DNA of 64,000 bases from Candidatus Aenigmatarchaeota archaeon (GCA_043824495.1 JBDRSV010000005.1:1-64000); one strand, 5' to 3'; shown: positions 17,817 to 27,874, numbered from the stretch's first letter. Notes: generated by a model not told the origin, from the letters alone. Made by a program: numbers and translations.

Positions 17817-19011
17817 TTAAAGAACAAAAACACCGCTTTCTACTATTTCTTCTGCATAAGCTTCAGCAGCTCTAATTGATTCAGATAATGAAGCACCACC
17901 TTCAAGTCCTCTTTCAACCATTCTTCTAACTATATGAGGCAGGTTTCCATGAGCTTCATATGTTCGAGGTAAATGAGTTCGCCACTGGAAAAGCTCAAGG
18001 CCTATCTGATTAGCCTCATCTAATCTAGTATCAAGATTAAGCATGGTATTCAAGTTAATATCTCCTGGTCTATGATTATAATAACCATCTTTGATTCCTT
18101 CTAATACCCATTCTCTTGTATATCTCTTACCTACCCCGAACTCTCGACCACTCCATGGATGACGTTTATTCAAATTCCATCCATTACCACTTATGTCCCT
18201 CATGGTTAATATTTCTTCCATTACAGCTTTAACTTCTACATGTGTACCATCTGAATCAAATGATGCACAATCCAAATCCACCGGGACTACTCTTATTCTA
18301 TCATCATCTTGATATACCACAAAATTTCCAGGGTGTGCATTTTCTAATCCCCATTCAACACCAGAATCTTTCATTAATCTCATTGTGTATCCTGCATCAC
18401 GTCCAAGACTAACTAGAACATCTCTATACTCTGTAAACGGTGAAAGACCAACAAAAGAAACAAACATTTCTCTAAAATCTAAGTATTTGAGAAGTTCATC
18501 TAATCTTGTATCACCCTCTATTTCAAAAATTGTTGCTCTTGTTCCCTTAGATCCATTATAATCATAATAACCAAGTGGATTCATAACATACGTTATTCCA
18601 GCTTCTGTTTTTAACCTCTCAGCTAGTCGTTCTGCATGTTCGATCTCATTGTCAGCATTTGGTGTAAGCTGTCTTCCATATGGTTCGTCATCATTCCAAT
18701 TACTAGGAGTTTCCGCAAAAACACAACCTTTAATTCTGTATAAATTATCTAAAACTTCGGCTAATCCAGAGCGTTTGCCACTTTCTAACCCCACTAAATT
18801 ATATTCATCTCTATCTGAAATTATTGCTACTGGTCTAGAGAGTGATTCTGGAAGGCTCTTACCGGGTAATAAAGTTACAGAACCATCTACGTAACTTAAG
18901 CCCCTTTGTCCTCTGGGGGAAAACAATCTACTCATAAAACATAATGTTATCGTTAAATTTATAAATTGACATCACGATTTCAGAGAAGAGCGCTTTTGCT
19001 CATAGGTAATT
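17802..19011. mobile_element. Single-gene insertion flanked by a 17-bp direct repeat of the gltX 3' end
   Basis: TTTGCTCATAGGTAATT occurs at 17802-17818 (includes the gltX stop) and at 18995-19011. Confidence 0.6.
17817..18935 (-). CDS. Hypothetical protein with atypical kinase-like motifs
   Basis: IFEIEGD..LDELL hinge-like segment, ENAHPGNFVV and VVPVDLD resemble the catalytic and metal-binding loops of kinase-like folds. Confidence 0.5.
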   Translation of the reverse strand: MSRLFSPRGQRGLSYVDGSVTLLPGKSLPESLSRPVAIISDRDEYNLVGLESGKRSGLAEVLDNLYRIKGCVFAETPSNWNDDEPYGRQLTPNADNEIEHAERLAERLKTEAGITYVMNPLGYYDYNGSKGTRATIFEIEGDTRLDELLKYLDFREMFVSFVGLSPFTEYRDVLVSLGRDAGYTMRLMKDSGVEWGLENAHPGNFVVYQDDDRIRVVPVDLDCASFDSDGTHVEVKAVMEEILTMRDISGNGWNLNKRHPWSGREFGVGKRYTREWVLEGIKDGYYNHRPGDINLNTMLNLDTRLDEANQIGLELFQWRTHLPRTYEAHGNLPHIVRRMVERGLEGGASLSESIRAAEAYAEEIVESGVFVL

Positions 19012-19024
19012 CTTTGTAAATCAA

Positions 19025-21109
19025 TCACGAAGTAACTAAGAATTGAGACATTGCGTCTTCTATTAAGCCACCGAACATTGTGCTCACACCAAACATGACT
19101 AGGAAGTATAACACCAAACCAACTATTATCATTTTTCCTATATTGTTCCATTGAGCAACTGGGTTGTCTCCTTTTGATATCTTTGTTAAGAACATTCCGA
19201 GTATCATGATAACTTGGATCAAGTATATACCAATTATGAGTTGGAATAATGCTGGTGATGTGGAAGGTGCTCCAACAATCAGTAGAGAAATATCAATACC
19301 TAGAGAATCCTCGAATCCAGCATTTTGCATCAGCTGGCCCATTGTTACTAGTACTTGTATTATGATATCAGCCATTGCAACTATCATACCAGTGATTATG
19401 GGTGTCAAGAAATATGCCTGAAACTTCATTGATGATGTTGTTTCAGTGAGTAGCTCTCTTATGTATTCTTGTGTTTCTCTTATGTTTTTCAAATACCTAG
19501 ATATTCTAAGCATACTGTCTGCTGCATAAGTAACGCCTTTCTTAGATGTGTCTATTACAGCATACATGATATTGTTGATTATTTTTGATGGGTAGTATTG
19601 AAGAGCTCCCCATTTTTTATGGAATAGTGAGTCTTCGAATGTCATACCAAGAGTCTTAATATTAGCTAATGATCTTTTGAATAAACCAGCTATCTTCAAA
19701 TCTTTTACATCATCTATAGCTCTCTCAATAGCCACTTCTGTAGGAGTTCCTCCTGAAATCTTATTTCCTAATTTGAACAACGCTAATTCGAATTCGCTTT
19801 CTATACTCTCTATTTCTTCTTGTATTCTCTGTTTCTGGTAATTTGACAACAACAAGAAAGCTGATATAGCAAAACCTAACCCCATTATGAAAAATGATGA
19901 CATTAACATTGTAAATTGTGGATTTGTATCTAGAACAGGAATTGTTCCTGCTCCTGTTGGGGGGAATAATAATTCAGGTGTGGTCCCAAAATATATTATT
20001 GGAAGTATCCAGAAACCGATTATTATCAACAATGAAATTGGCCATGCTGGTATAGATCTACCTTTGATAGAGAAGCTGTGGTTCTTAGGTACATCTGGAT
20101 GTTTGGATATATCTATCTGCGATAGAGTTACAGGTCTCTTGTTTAATGTATTCAGAATAAACCACGTGATGATAATAGGTAATGCTATGTCATATCCTAT
20201 TATGAAATGTATTGGTGATACTAAATCTGACAAGAACACTGCGGCCATTGGAGCCATTATTGTTCCCATTATAGGTAACACAATACCCATCATGTGGATA
20301 ACCATGACAGGCATTAATAAATCCTGTGCATAGTGCTTCATTCTTGTCTTTGTTCCGGTTAAAATAACTTCTAGAGCTTGATCAAGTTCTTTTTTTGCTC
20401 TGTCTGGTGTCTGAGATTGAGAGTCTCTTATCAGTCTCAAAGCCTCTGCAAATTCCTCATTCTCAAATTTCCATCTTATTATATAGTCATCAAGAGCGTC
20501 GTTGGCTGAATAATATTTTCTCATCTCTATATCCCAGATAAGCTTTCTCAAATCCCATGCCAATGCTCCAGATACATTTGAAGCTGCGAATCTTAGAGCA
20601 CGCTCCATATTAGGAGAAACTCTCATGGACACAACCATGTATAGTATAGCAAGAACTACTTGAGAGCTTGCTTGAATACGTAGAGTTTTTACTCTACTCG
20701 ATGGGTATTTGTAGAAATAATATGCAACAAGGAAACCCATTGCTGCTATAACAAGACCTATCATTACAGAAACAATTCCTGTGATTATGAATGTTACACC
20801 TAGGAGAATGAAGAATATTATTGTTGTGGCCATCAGACCCATTATTTCCGCTGGTGTTATGTCCATCTCTGTAAAGAGGATAGCAGATTCTAGTTTTTCT
20901 TTAGATCCTCTATCTGGATCTATTTTAGCCATACTACCTACAGCTTTCACAAGAACTTCATACCAGCCAGGTTTCTCTTCGTCCCCTTTCTTGTATAATC
21001 TATACTCTCTTGTTGTGACTACTGGTTCTTCTTGATAATAAGATCTTTCGGCTGGACGATAAGAAGGTGGCCTTTGTATCTTCCTCTTTTTCTTCCCAAA
21101 CAAACCCAT
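19025..21109 (-). CDS. TadC/ArlJ-like type II secretion system F-domain membrane platform protein
   Basis: Two cytoplasmic domains separated by TM clusters; ALFKLGNKISGGTPTEVAIE and ERALRFAA patterns typical of archaeal pilus platform proteins. Confidence 0.75.
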   Translation of the reverse strand: MGLFGKKKRKIQRPPSYRPAERSYYQEEPVVTTREYRLYKKGDEEKPGWYEVLVKAVGSMAKIDPDRGSKEKLESAILFTEMDITPAEIMGLMATTIIFFILLGVTFIITGIVSVMIGLVIAAMGFLVAYYFYKYPSSRVKTLRIQASSQVVLAILYMVVSMRVSPNMERALRFAASNVSGALAWDLRKLIWDIEMRKYYSANDALDDYIIRWKFENEEFAEALRLIRDSQSQTPDRAKKELDQALEVILTGTKTRMKHYAQDLLMPVMVIHMMGIVLPIMGTIMAPMAAVFLSDLVSPIHFIIGYDIALPIIITWFILNTLNKRPVTLSQIDISKHPDVPKNHSFSIKGRSIPAWPISLLIIIGFWILPIIYFGTTPELLFPPTGAGTIPVLDTNPQFTMLMSSFFIMGLGFAISAFLLLSNYQKQRIQEEIESIESEFELALFKLGNKISGGTPTEVAIERAIDDVKDLKIAGLFKRSLANIKTLGMTFEDSLFHKKWGALQYYPSKIINNIMYAVIDTSKKGVTYAADSMLRISRYLKNIRETQEYIRELLTETTSSMKFQAYFLTPIITGMIVAMADIIIQVLVTMGQLMQNAGFEDSLGIDISLLIVGAPSTSPALFQLIIGIYLIQVIMILGMFLTKISKGDNPVAQWNNIGKMIIVGLVLYFLVMFGVSTMFGGLIEDAMSQFLVTS

Positions 21110-21476
21110 GATTAATAATTGGCTTGGCTCCTAATAAAAATCGGAGTTTTCTGGTGTTTTTGGGCATATCTTTAAAAATCTGTCAAGGAAAAGCTGATCA
21201 ACAGCATAAAGGTGACTATCATATTCCACTCTCAAAAAATCTACAATTTGTATCAGATAAACAAAGCGTTTAATCTGAAAATGTCTTCATGGACCCATAA
21301 ATCAACGCACACAAAACACGAAATAACACAAAGTGCATTGTTAGCTTAAGCTATGGAGAATGAGAAGCCTGAGAGTGATTTTTTCTGTCTTCTGTAAAGA
21401 AATTACCAGACTTTTGTCTTAGACGAGAGTCTTTCGCCAATAGAAAAAAATGATTCATTGATATGGGGGGTGAACA

Positions 21477-22307
21477 ATGATATCGTGTAAATCAAAACAG
21501 GTGGATTCAACACGGCTTGACGCTAGGCCGAAAAAGCGACGAATGCCAGTTCAGGTCTCGCGTGCCTGGGATGCGTATTTCAGCTCCGGCGACCCTGGTG
21601 TTCGTCAGAACCTTCTCAATCATTACCTGCCGCTCGTATGCAATGTGGCGGGTAGGATGGCTCTAGGCTTTCCCAAAGCTGTTGAGCTGAATGATTTGAT
21701 TTCCACAGGCACGATCGGCTTGTGCCAGTCCTTAAAGAACTTCGATCCTAAACGAGGCGTCAAGTTCGAAACCTTTGCGGTTCCCCGAATCCGTGGTGCA
21801 ATTCTCGACGAGATGCGCAGCTTGGATTGGGTGCCGCGTTCCACACGCTCGAAAGCACGTAAGATTGATCGAGTCACAACTCAGATCGAACAACAACAGG
21901 GACGTGTGTCAATGCATAATGAACTCGCTGTCCTTCTGAAGATCCCGCTGGACGATCTGCTAGTGGTGCTGACAGATATTTCGGCATCAAGGCTTATGTC
22001 CTTGGATGAATTGGTATATCGAGAGGAGGACAATAGGCAGGTTCCGAGAGTCGAGACACTCGAACTTCCTGTGAGAAGAGATGCCTTGAGAGAGGTCGAA
22101 CGCAGAGAGCTAAAGGTATTCCTCATTAACGCCATTTCTACTCTCAACGAGCAAGAGACACATGTCATTGGCTTATACTACTACGATGAGCTTACCATTC
22201 GTGAGATTGGCGAACTCATGAATCTCTCGGAATCCCGAATCTCGCAGGTTCACACTAGGTCTGTGGAAAAGTTGCGAAGAATGGTGCGCGATAGATTCGG
22301 ATACTGA
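21477..22307 (+). CDS. fliA: Bacterial RNA polymerase sigma-28 factor, FliA/WhiG family
   Basis: NDLISTGTIGL..FDPKRGVKFETFAVPRIRGAILDEMRSLDWVPRS (region 2) and LYYYDELTIREIGELMNLSESRISQVH (region 4). Confidence 0.95.
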   Translation: MISCKSKQVDSTRLDARPKKRRMPVQVSRAWDAYFSSGDPGVRQNLLNHYLPLVCNVAGRMALGFPKAVELNDLISTGTIGLCQSLKNFDPKRGVKFETFAVPRIRGAILDEMRSLDWVPRSTRSKARKIDRVTTQIEQQQGRVSMHNELAVLLKIPLDDLLVVLTDISASRLMSLDELVYREEDNRQVPRVETLELPVRRDALREVERRELKVFLINAISTLNEQETHVIGLYYYDELTIREIGELMNLSESRISQVHTRSVEKLRRMVRDRFGY

Positions 22308-22397
22308 ACAACCAACTGTAAATAACGACGCTCATGCCGGGTTTTGTCCGGGCGGAGAAAGAAAATACAAATGAGAACGAATGGATAAGGAGGGCAA

Positions 22398-22574
22398 ATG
22401 CTCCTATGTCAGGAGTGTCACCAAAAACGGGGATGTTATTGGGGTATTCACCCACACACTACCAATGGGTCTTGTGGTTGTTGTGGTACGCAAACAGCTT
22501 GCGTCGAATGTAATACCCTAGAAACATCTTCACGTCCGATCTCTATGGAAGCCACCGAGAATTTCATCGGCTAA
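22398..22574 (+). CDS. Cys-rich micro-protein, 58 aa (not in ORF track)
   Basis: SD AAGGAGG; MLLCQECHQKRGCYWGIHPHTTNGSCGCCGTQTACVECN... Confidence 0.65.
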   Translation: MLLCQECHQKRGCYWGIHPHTTNGSCGCCGTQTACVECNTLETSSRPISMEATENFIG

Positions 22575-22622
22575 GAAATACCAAGCTCGAGAATCATGTG
22601 TGTCCCATAACACACTTGGTTC

Positions 22623-22647
22623 TTTATATTGTCTAATTAGAGGGATA
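22623..22647 (+). repeat. Right-end motif copy 3
   Basis: TTTATATTGTCTAATTAGAGGGATA, ending 3 bp before the ATG at 22651. Confidence 0.9.
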
Positions 22648-22650
22648 TGA

Positions 22651-23403
22651 ATGAAAGAAATAAAAAACTTACTATCTAAGTATAAAAGATCTGATATGGC
22701 AACTGAAGGATATAAAAGAGTGGTTTTGGGTGCAGGAACTATTGAACCTCATCATCTTCTTGTTGTTTATTCTCTTTTCGAACCCGGCAGTGAAGTACAA
22801 GCAGTTGATCATAAAGGACGACTTTTAGTAAAGAGAGGCAAAAGATCTCATTATAAACTACTTACAACCGATTCTGGTCTCCTGGTTGCGACAAGTGAAG
22901 ATATACCACTACCAAATGAAGAGCCTTTAGCTTCGAGTTATACAGATGCACATGTAGGAAGTACAACACCTGATGCTATTGATAGGATCATGAGTGATTG
23001 GTTAAAATATTTAGCAGAAACATTTGGAAATCAATATCAAACAGCTCTTATAGCTGATAATCTTAGTATGTTTTCTTTAGGACGTTCTGTATACAAACCT
23101 GATGGAGATAATTCTATCGTTGTTAATACTTCTCAATATAGCAATAAGAAACCAGTCAGTACATTGAGATTGCATTCAGTTGATGGTATTCAAGATGATA
23201 TATTTGATACAGGCGGATGCAAAAATCCTCTTGATGTTATGAATAAACTATTTGAAGAGGAGCAATCCACCTTCGCTGCTGTTGCTGCTTTTGATGGATC
23301 TGTGGAACCTGGAGCAGAAATGAATAGAGGAGAACCGCGACATAGAATAATACCTCCTGGTAGCGGAGAATGGCAGTTACATATAAGAAATAGACACAAG
23401 TAA
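22651..23403 (+). CDS. Hypothetical protein
   Basis: 250-aa ORF with host-like composition; only a weak resemblance (LLVATSE) to Ntn-hydrolase folds. Confidence 0.65.
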   Translation: MKEIKNLLSKYKRSDMATEGYKRVVLGAGTIEPHHLLVVYSLFEPGSEVQAVDHKGRLLVKRGKRSHYKLLTTDSGLLVATSEDIPLPNEEPLASSYTDAHVGSTTPDAIDRIMSDWLKYLAETFGNQYQTALIADNLSMFSLGRSVYKPDGDNSIVVNTSQYSNKKPVSTLRLHSVDGIQDDIFDTGGCKNPLDVMNKLFEEEQSTFAAVAAFDGSVEPGAEMNRGEPRHRIIPPGSGEWQLHIRNRHK

Positions 23404-23439
23404 TTAGATAAATATAAGGATATTTTTTCAATCTTAATT

Positions 23440-24024
23440 ATGACATTACCAATGACACGAGAACAAGCAGTTGAATTCTTGAAGAGTATGGACCAAGAAG
23501 AATCAGATATGAATCATTACTTAGAAACAGAGGCTATAATGCGTGGTCTTGCAAGAAAATTTGAAGAAGATGTTGAGTATTGGGGAATTCTAGGCTTACT
23601 GCACGATGTTGATTGGGCATTAACAAAAAACAATGTGAAAGATCATTGTATTAAATCTGCAGAGCTCTTGAAAGAAAAAGGATTTGATGAGAAATTTATC
23701 CAAGCAATGCAATCTCATGCATATGGTCATGATGAAATACCAGCGTTGTTGGATAAAAAAAGAACAGAGAAAATAGAACATGCTCTAACTGCAGCTGAAA
23801 CATTAACAGGAATCATTTATGCTTACGCTTTGATGCGAGGTAAAAGGATTAGTGACATGGAAGTCAAAGGACTGAAAAAGAAGTTCAAAGATAGGAGCTT
23901 TGCTGCAAATTGTGATAGAAACCTAATCAGAGAAATAGAAATAACTGGATTATCTCTAGATGATTTTTTTGAACTGGCAATCAATTCTTTGAAGGAAATA
24001 AAAGAAGTAATTAGTTTGCAATAA
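23440..24024 (+). CDS. HD (HDIG) domain protein
   Basis: NHYLETEAIMR, GLLHDVD and SHAYG. Confidence 0.88.
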   Translation: MTLPMTREQAVEFLKSMDQEESDMNHYLETEAIMRGLARKFEEDVEYWGILGLLHDVDWALTKNNVKDHCIKSAELLKEKGFDEKFIQAMQSHAYGHDEIPALLDKKRTEKIEHALTAAETLTGIIYAYALMRGKRISDMEVKGLKKKFKDRSFAANCDRNLIREIEITGLSLDDFFELAINSLKEIKEVISLQ

Positions 24025-24063
24025 AGAAAAAGAAGGAAAAGAGGTTTATACTTTAGGTGGTAG

Positions 24064-25083
24064 CTAAAGAAGAATAACTCCCCTTTCCTGTAAATCCTTT
24101 TCTACTTCTTCTGGCCATGTGCTTACTTGAACTTCTCCTATATGGGTCTTGTGTAGTAGAAGCATACATAATCTAGATTGTCCGATACCACCACCAATAG
24201 TGAGAGGTAATTCGTCCATGAGAATTGCTTTGTGAAATTTTAATCCTTTTCTTTCAGATAATCCCATGAAATCTAGTTGCTTCATAAGAGAAGATTGATC
24301 AACTCTTATACCCATTGAAGATAGCTCCAAAGCTTTCTTTCTCATTTCGTCCCAGACAATGATGTCACCATTGAGACCCCTTTTTCCAGAAATGGTTTCT
24401 GTAGACCAGTCGTCATAATCTGCAGCCCGAAGGTCATGGGGTTTTCCTGATTTCAAAGGATATCCTATCCCTATCAAAAACACTGCTCCATATTTTTCTG
24501 CTATTTTATCTTCTCTCTTTTTAGGAGACAGTTGAGGATAGAGTTCTTCTAGTTCTTCTGTGTGTACAAATGTTATCTTTTTAGGTAACTTTGTTTTCAA
24601 TTCAGGGAATTCCTTTTCTACTTCTGTTTTTGTTTCTAGTATAGATTCGTATATACTTCTTACAGTTTCTTTTAGGAATTCTAGATCTCTTTCTTCCTTT
24701 GTGATCACTCTTTCCCAATCCCATTGATCTACGAACACGCTGTGTGTATCATCTATGTCCTCATCTTTTCTGATTGCATCCATATGTGTATACAAACCAG
24801 TTCCATGTTTGAATCCATGTCTACCTAGAGTATGTCTCTTCCATTTAGCTAGGCTGTGTACAATTTCTAGACGTGCATCTGCGAATTTGGTTTCAAATCC
24901 AACTGGAATTTGAGTTCCTGCGAGGTCGTCTTGTAGACCAGTTCCTGTTTTCAGGAATTTCGGTGCAGACACTTTTCTTAGTCTAAGCTTCTCTGCAAGT
25001 TTTTTTTCAAATGTGTCCTTTACTAATTGTATTCCTTTTTCTGTTTCGAAAAAGTCAATTTTTGACTTATATTTTTCTTTCAT
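24064..25083 (-). CDS. asnA: Aspartate--ammonia ligase, bacterial type
   Basis: EIVHSLAKWKR, HSVFVDQWDWE, GAVFLIGIG..HDLRAADYDDW and TIGGGIGQSR. Confidence 0.95.
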   Translation of the reverse strand: MKEKYKSKIDFFETEKGIQLVKDTFEKKLAEKLRLRKVSAPKFLKTGTGLQDDLAGTQIPVGFETKFADARLEIVHSLAKWKRHTLGRHGFKHGTGLYTHMDAIRKDEDIDDTHSVFVDQWDWERVITKEERDLEFLKETVRSIYESILETKTEVEKEFPELKTKLPKKITFVHTEELEELYPQLSPKKREDKIAEKYGAVFLIGIGYPLKSGKPHDLRAADYDDWSTETISGKRGLNGDIIVWDEMRKKALELSSMGIRVDQSSLMKQLDFMGLSERKGLKFHKAILMDELPLTIGGGIGQSRLCMLLLHKTHIGEVQVSTWPEEVEKDLQERGVILL

Positions 25084-25197
25084 ATGATCACCTTATTTTT
25101 CAATAAATCTAATACCTTAAATTAATATCCCAAAAAATGTGGTAAAAATGACAAAAAACAGTGGTATTTATATATTAAATGGAACATATGTTTCATT

Positions 25198-25647
25198 ATG
25201 GGTCAAATAGACGAGAAAGACATGAAGATTTTGAAAGTTCTAGAAGAACATGGAGACTATACAACTAGACAGATTTCTAAGAAGACGCTGTTACCTGCAA
25301 CTACAATACATAACAGGATTAAGAATTTGAAGAAAATTGGAGTGATTAAAAAATTCACTGTTGATCTTGATCATTCTAAAGTAGATAAAGGGTTGCTTGT
25401 TTATGTTCTAGTCTCTGTGAATTTACAATTGTTAAAACAAAGGAAGAAGAGTCAATATGATATTGCAAATGAAATAAGAAAATTCTATTTCACTGATAAA
25501 GTTGATATAGTATCTGGTGGAACAGATCTAATGGCTGTTGTGAGAGTTAAAGACGTGCAAGAATTCGATAAAGTTTTGCTAGAAAAGCTTCAGATGATTG
25601 AGGGTATAGAAAAAACACAATCATTGATCGTAATACATGAAGATTAG
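25198..25647 (+). CDS. Lrp/AsnC family transcriptional regulator
   Basis: IDEKDMKILKVL, HTH, RIKNLKKIGVIKKF and RAM domain; divergent from asnA. Confidence 0.92.
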   Translation: MGQIDEKDMKILKVLEEHGDYTTRQISKKTLLPATTIHNRIKNLKKIGVIKKFTVDLDHSKVDKGLLVYVLVSVNLQLLKQRKKSQYDIANEIRKFYFTDKVDIVSGGTDLMAVVRVKDVQEFDKVLLEKLQMIEGIEKTQSLIVIHED

Positions 25648-25683
25648 CTTGCATTTTAATATCAAACAAACAAATAATAAACC

Positions 25684-26526
25684 ATGCTAGAATGGATATT
25701 GCTTGCAGTTGGTGTTGTAGGTTTTGGAGCAGCTGGTTATCTTGATTTGAAGACAACAGAGTTTCCAGATTGGCTTCCTTATTCAATTATAATTGCAGCT
25801 TTGGTTATACGTGGTATTTTTGCATATACTACAGGCAATTTAGATTTGATAATCAATTCTATAACAATTGGAGTAGGGTTCTTACTATTCGGTCTAGCTT
25901 TATACTATCTCAGACAGTGGGGAGACGGTGATGCTTGGTTGTTAGGGGCTCTAGGTTTCTTATTCCCTGATGCAGCAGGATTTATTCCAGCTGCAACTCT
26001 AAACTTGCCTTTCTACTATATACAGATATTCAATTTCTTCTTAGTAGCTTTTGCTTACTTGATAATTTACTCTCTGGCTTTGGGAATGAAGAATCCAAAA
26101 ATATGGAAGAGTTACAAAAAGGATTTGATTAAAGACAAAAATGGATTGATTATTTTGATTGTTGCATTTGCTGCAATAGCTTTAGGTGTTGTATATTATC
26201 TAAACATATCTGCAGGAATTCCTTTGTATAGAATGTACAATATTTTGTTGTTGCCACCATTATTCATATTCTTAATATTATTCGTAAGATATGGAAGACA
26301 TATAGAGAAGGTGCTATTCAGAAAACAAATAGATGTAAAAGATTTGACAGCTGGAGATGTTCCGATGACTGACAAATGGAGAGTCTTAGATGACAAGGAA
26401 GTCAAGGAGCTAAAAAAGAAAGGTGGAAAGATCTGGATAAAAGAAGGAGTCAGATTGGCACCTGTATTTATAATCTCTATGTTGATAAGCATTTTCTTTG
26501 GCACTTTGCTAGTTTTGTTTATCTAA
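25684..26526 (+). CDS. Prepilin peptidase, A24 family (PibD/ArlK-like)
   Basis: YLDLKT first aspartate, WGDGDAWLL second aspartate, multiple TM segments and C-terminal GVRLAP. Confidence 0.85.
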   Translation: MLEWILLAVGVVGFGAAGYLDLKTTEFPDWLPYSIIIAALVIRGIFAYTTGNLDLIINSITIGVGFLLFGLALYYLRQWGDGDAWLLGALGFLFPDAAGFIPAATLNLPFYYIQIFNFFLVAFAYLIIYSLALGMKNPKIWKSYKKDLIKDKNGLIILIVAFAAIALGVVYYLNISAGIPLYRMYNILLLPPLFIFLILFVRYGRHIEKVLFRKQIDVKDLTAGDVPMTDKWRVLDDKEVKELKKKGGKIWIKEGVRLAPVFIISMLISIFFGTLLVLFI

Positions 26527-26561
26527 AATACTTTTATTTCTAAGGGGTAAATGAGTATTAT

Positions 26562-27281
26562 ATGAAGACGGTATTGGTGAGTGGTGGTACATGGGGCATA
26601 GGAAAAGGTGCAGTTATCCAACTACTTAAAGACGGGTTTAATGTTTCTGCGTTTTCTAGAGATCATAAAAAATGTGATACTTTCAAAAAAGAACTAGAAA
26701 GAGATTATGATAAAGAACGATTTCTTATAATGGATGGTGACGTAACAGATGAGGAAAATTTGCACACAATTATTAATGAAACATTGAAGAAATTTAAAAA
26801 AATAGATATTCTATTCAACAATGCAGGTTTTGGTTATTTTGAAGATTGTGATAAAGTAGACATTGATAGATTCCAAGAAATGGTTCAAACAAACATAATT
26901 GGTTTGTCTTTACTCACGAAGCTAATCGTACCTCATATGAAAAAACAGAAGTCTGGGTTGATAATAAACATGGCATCAATTTCAGGTAAGAGAGCTTTTG
27001 CTAACGGAGAATTCTATAGTGCAACAAAGTTTGCTGTTATGGGCTATTCTGAAGCTATTAGAAATGAACTCAAACCTTTTGGCATAAAAGTATTCACAAT
27101 ATGTCCAGGTATGGTTGAGACAGCATTTTTCACAGAAGAAGAGTTAGCAAGACGAAGAAAAACTTTAGGAATAAAAAATATAGTGAGACTTAGGGTAGAA
27201 GACATTAACAGAATAATTAGTTTAGTTTGTAATCAGTCAGAGCATTGTGACATCCAAGATCTAACAGTAATGCCGTTTTAG
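26562..27281 (+). CDS. SDR family oxidoreductase
   Basis: SGGTWGIG, NNAG, NMASISG and YSATK. Confidence 0.93.
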   Translation: MKTVLVSGGTWGIGKGAVIQLLKDGFNVSAFSRDHKKCDTFKKELERDYDKERFLIMDGDVTDEENLHTIINETLKKFKKIDILFNNAGFGYFEDCDKVDIDRFQEMVQTNIIGLSLLTKLIVPHMKKQKSGLIINMASISGKRAFANGEFYSATKFAVMGYSEAIRNELKPFGIKVFTICPGMVETAFFTEEELARRRKTLGIKNIVRLRVEDINRIISLVCNQSEHCDIQDLTVMPF

Positions 27282-27285
27282 AAAA

Positions 27286-27753
27286 CTAATTATGCCTGTA
27301 AGCCATAGGACGCACATTTTCGTCATAATCTGTATAATCATCTACTCTAATCAATGCTGTAGTCTCAAAAATTGTTGAAGTTACACTATATCTTGAGAGT
27401 CCTCTTCTCAGATAAAAAATAAGAGTATCTCCAAATTGGAAATCATCTCCTTCAGGTTTGAAATCATCTTCAGAATAATAAGCTGCTACATGATCCCCAA
27501 ACTCTCTTGAAGTTAGAGGGGTTCTTACACCGTTGAATTTAAGGTTTTCTATTGTTCTGGTTCCCATGCTTTTTGTGAAAGAGGTTGCCATTCTACCAAT
27601 TTCTATGAGAGAAGCTAATTCCGGAGAATCATCATAATCGCCTAATCTTTTTTCTATTCCACCTAGTATATCTTCTGTGGTGACTTCAGTACCTTCTCCG
27701 CCTATTCTCTCTTGTAAATAATCTTTCAGGGTTTGTCTTGACATGTAAATCAC
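27286..27753 (-). CDS. Hypothetical protein
   Basis: 155-aa ORF; no recognised motif. Confidence 0.6.
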   Translation of the reverse strand: MIYMSRQTLKDYLQERIGGEGTEVTTEDILGGIEKRLGDYDDSPELASLIEIGRMATSFTKSMGTRTIENLKFNGVRTPLTSREFGDHVAAYYSEDDFKPEGDDFQFGDTLIFYLRRGLSRYSVTSTIFETTALIRVDDYTDYDENVRPMAYRHN

Positions 27754-27874
27754 TTGGTTTAGAAATACGATAAGACTTTTTAAAGATTTGCCATGTCAGA
27801 ATCAAAAAATATATAAAAAAAATAAAAAAATGGGGATTGCTCCCCTTACAGTTTAAGCTGGTAACATTATGAGT

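Larger units (their letters stand above)
21219..22647 (+). mobile_element. Cassette-like element E3 (sigma factor and Cys-rich micro-ORF)
   Basis: Degenerate left box TCATATTCCAC at 21219 and AATCAAC at +81 (compare +84 and +88 in E2 and E1); right motif at 22623-22647; GC-richer cargo. Confidence 0.62.

Noticed and set aside
21121-21476. Sigma-28 promoter upstream of fliA or in the cassette left ends
   Set aside because: No TAAA-N15-GCCGATAA match was found by eye, only partial half-sites.
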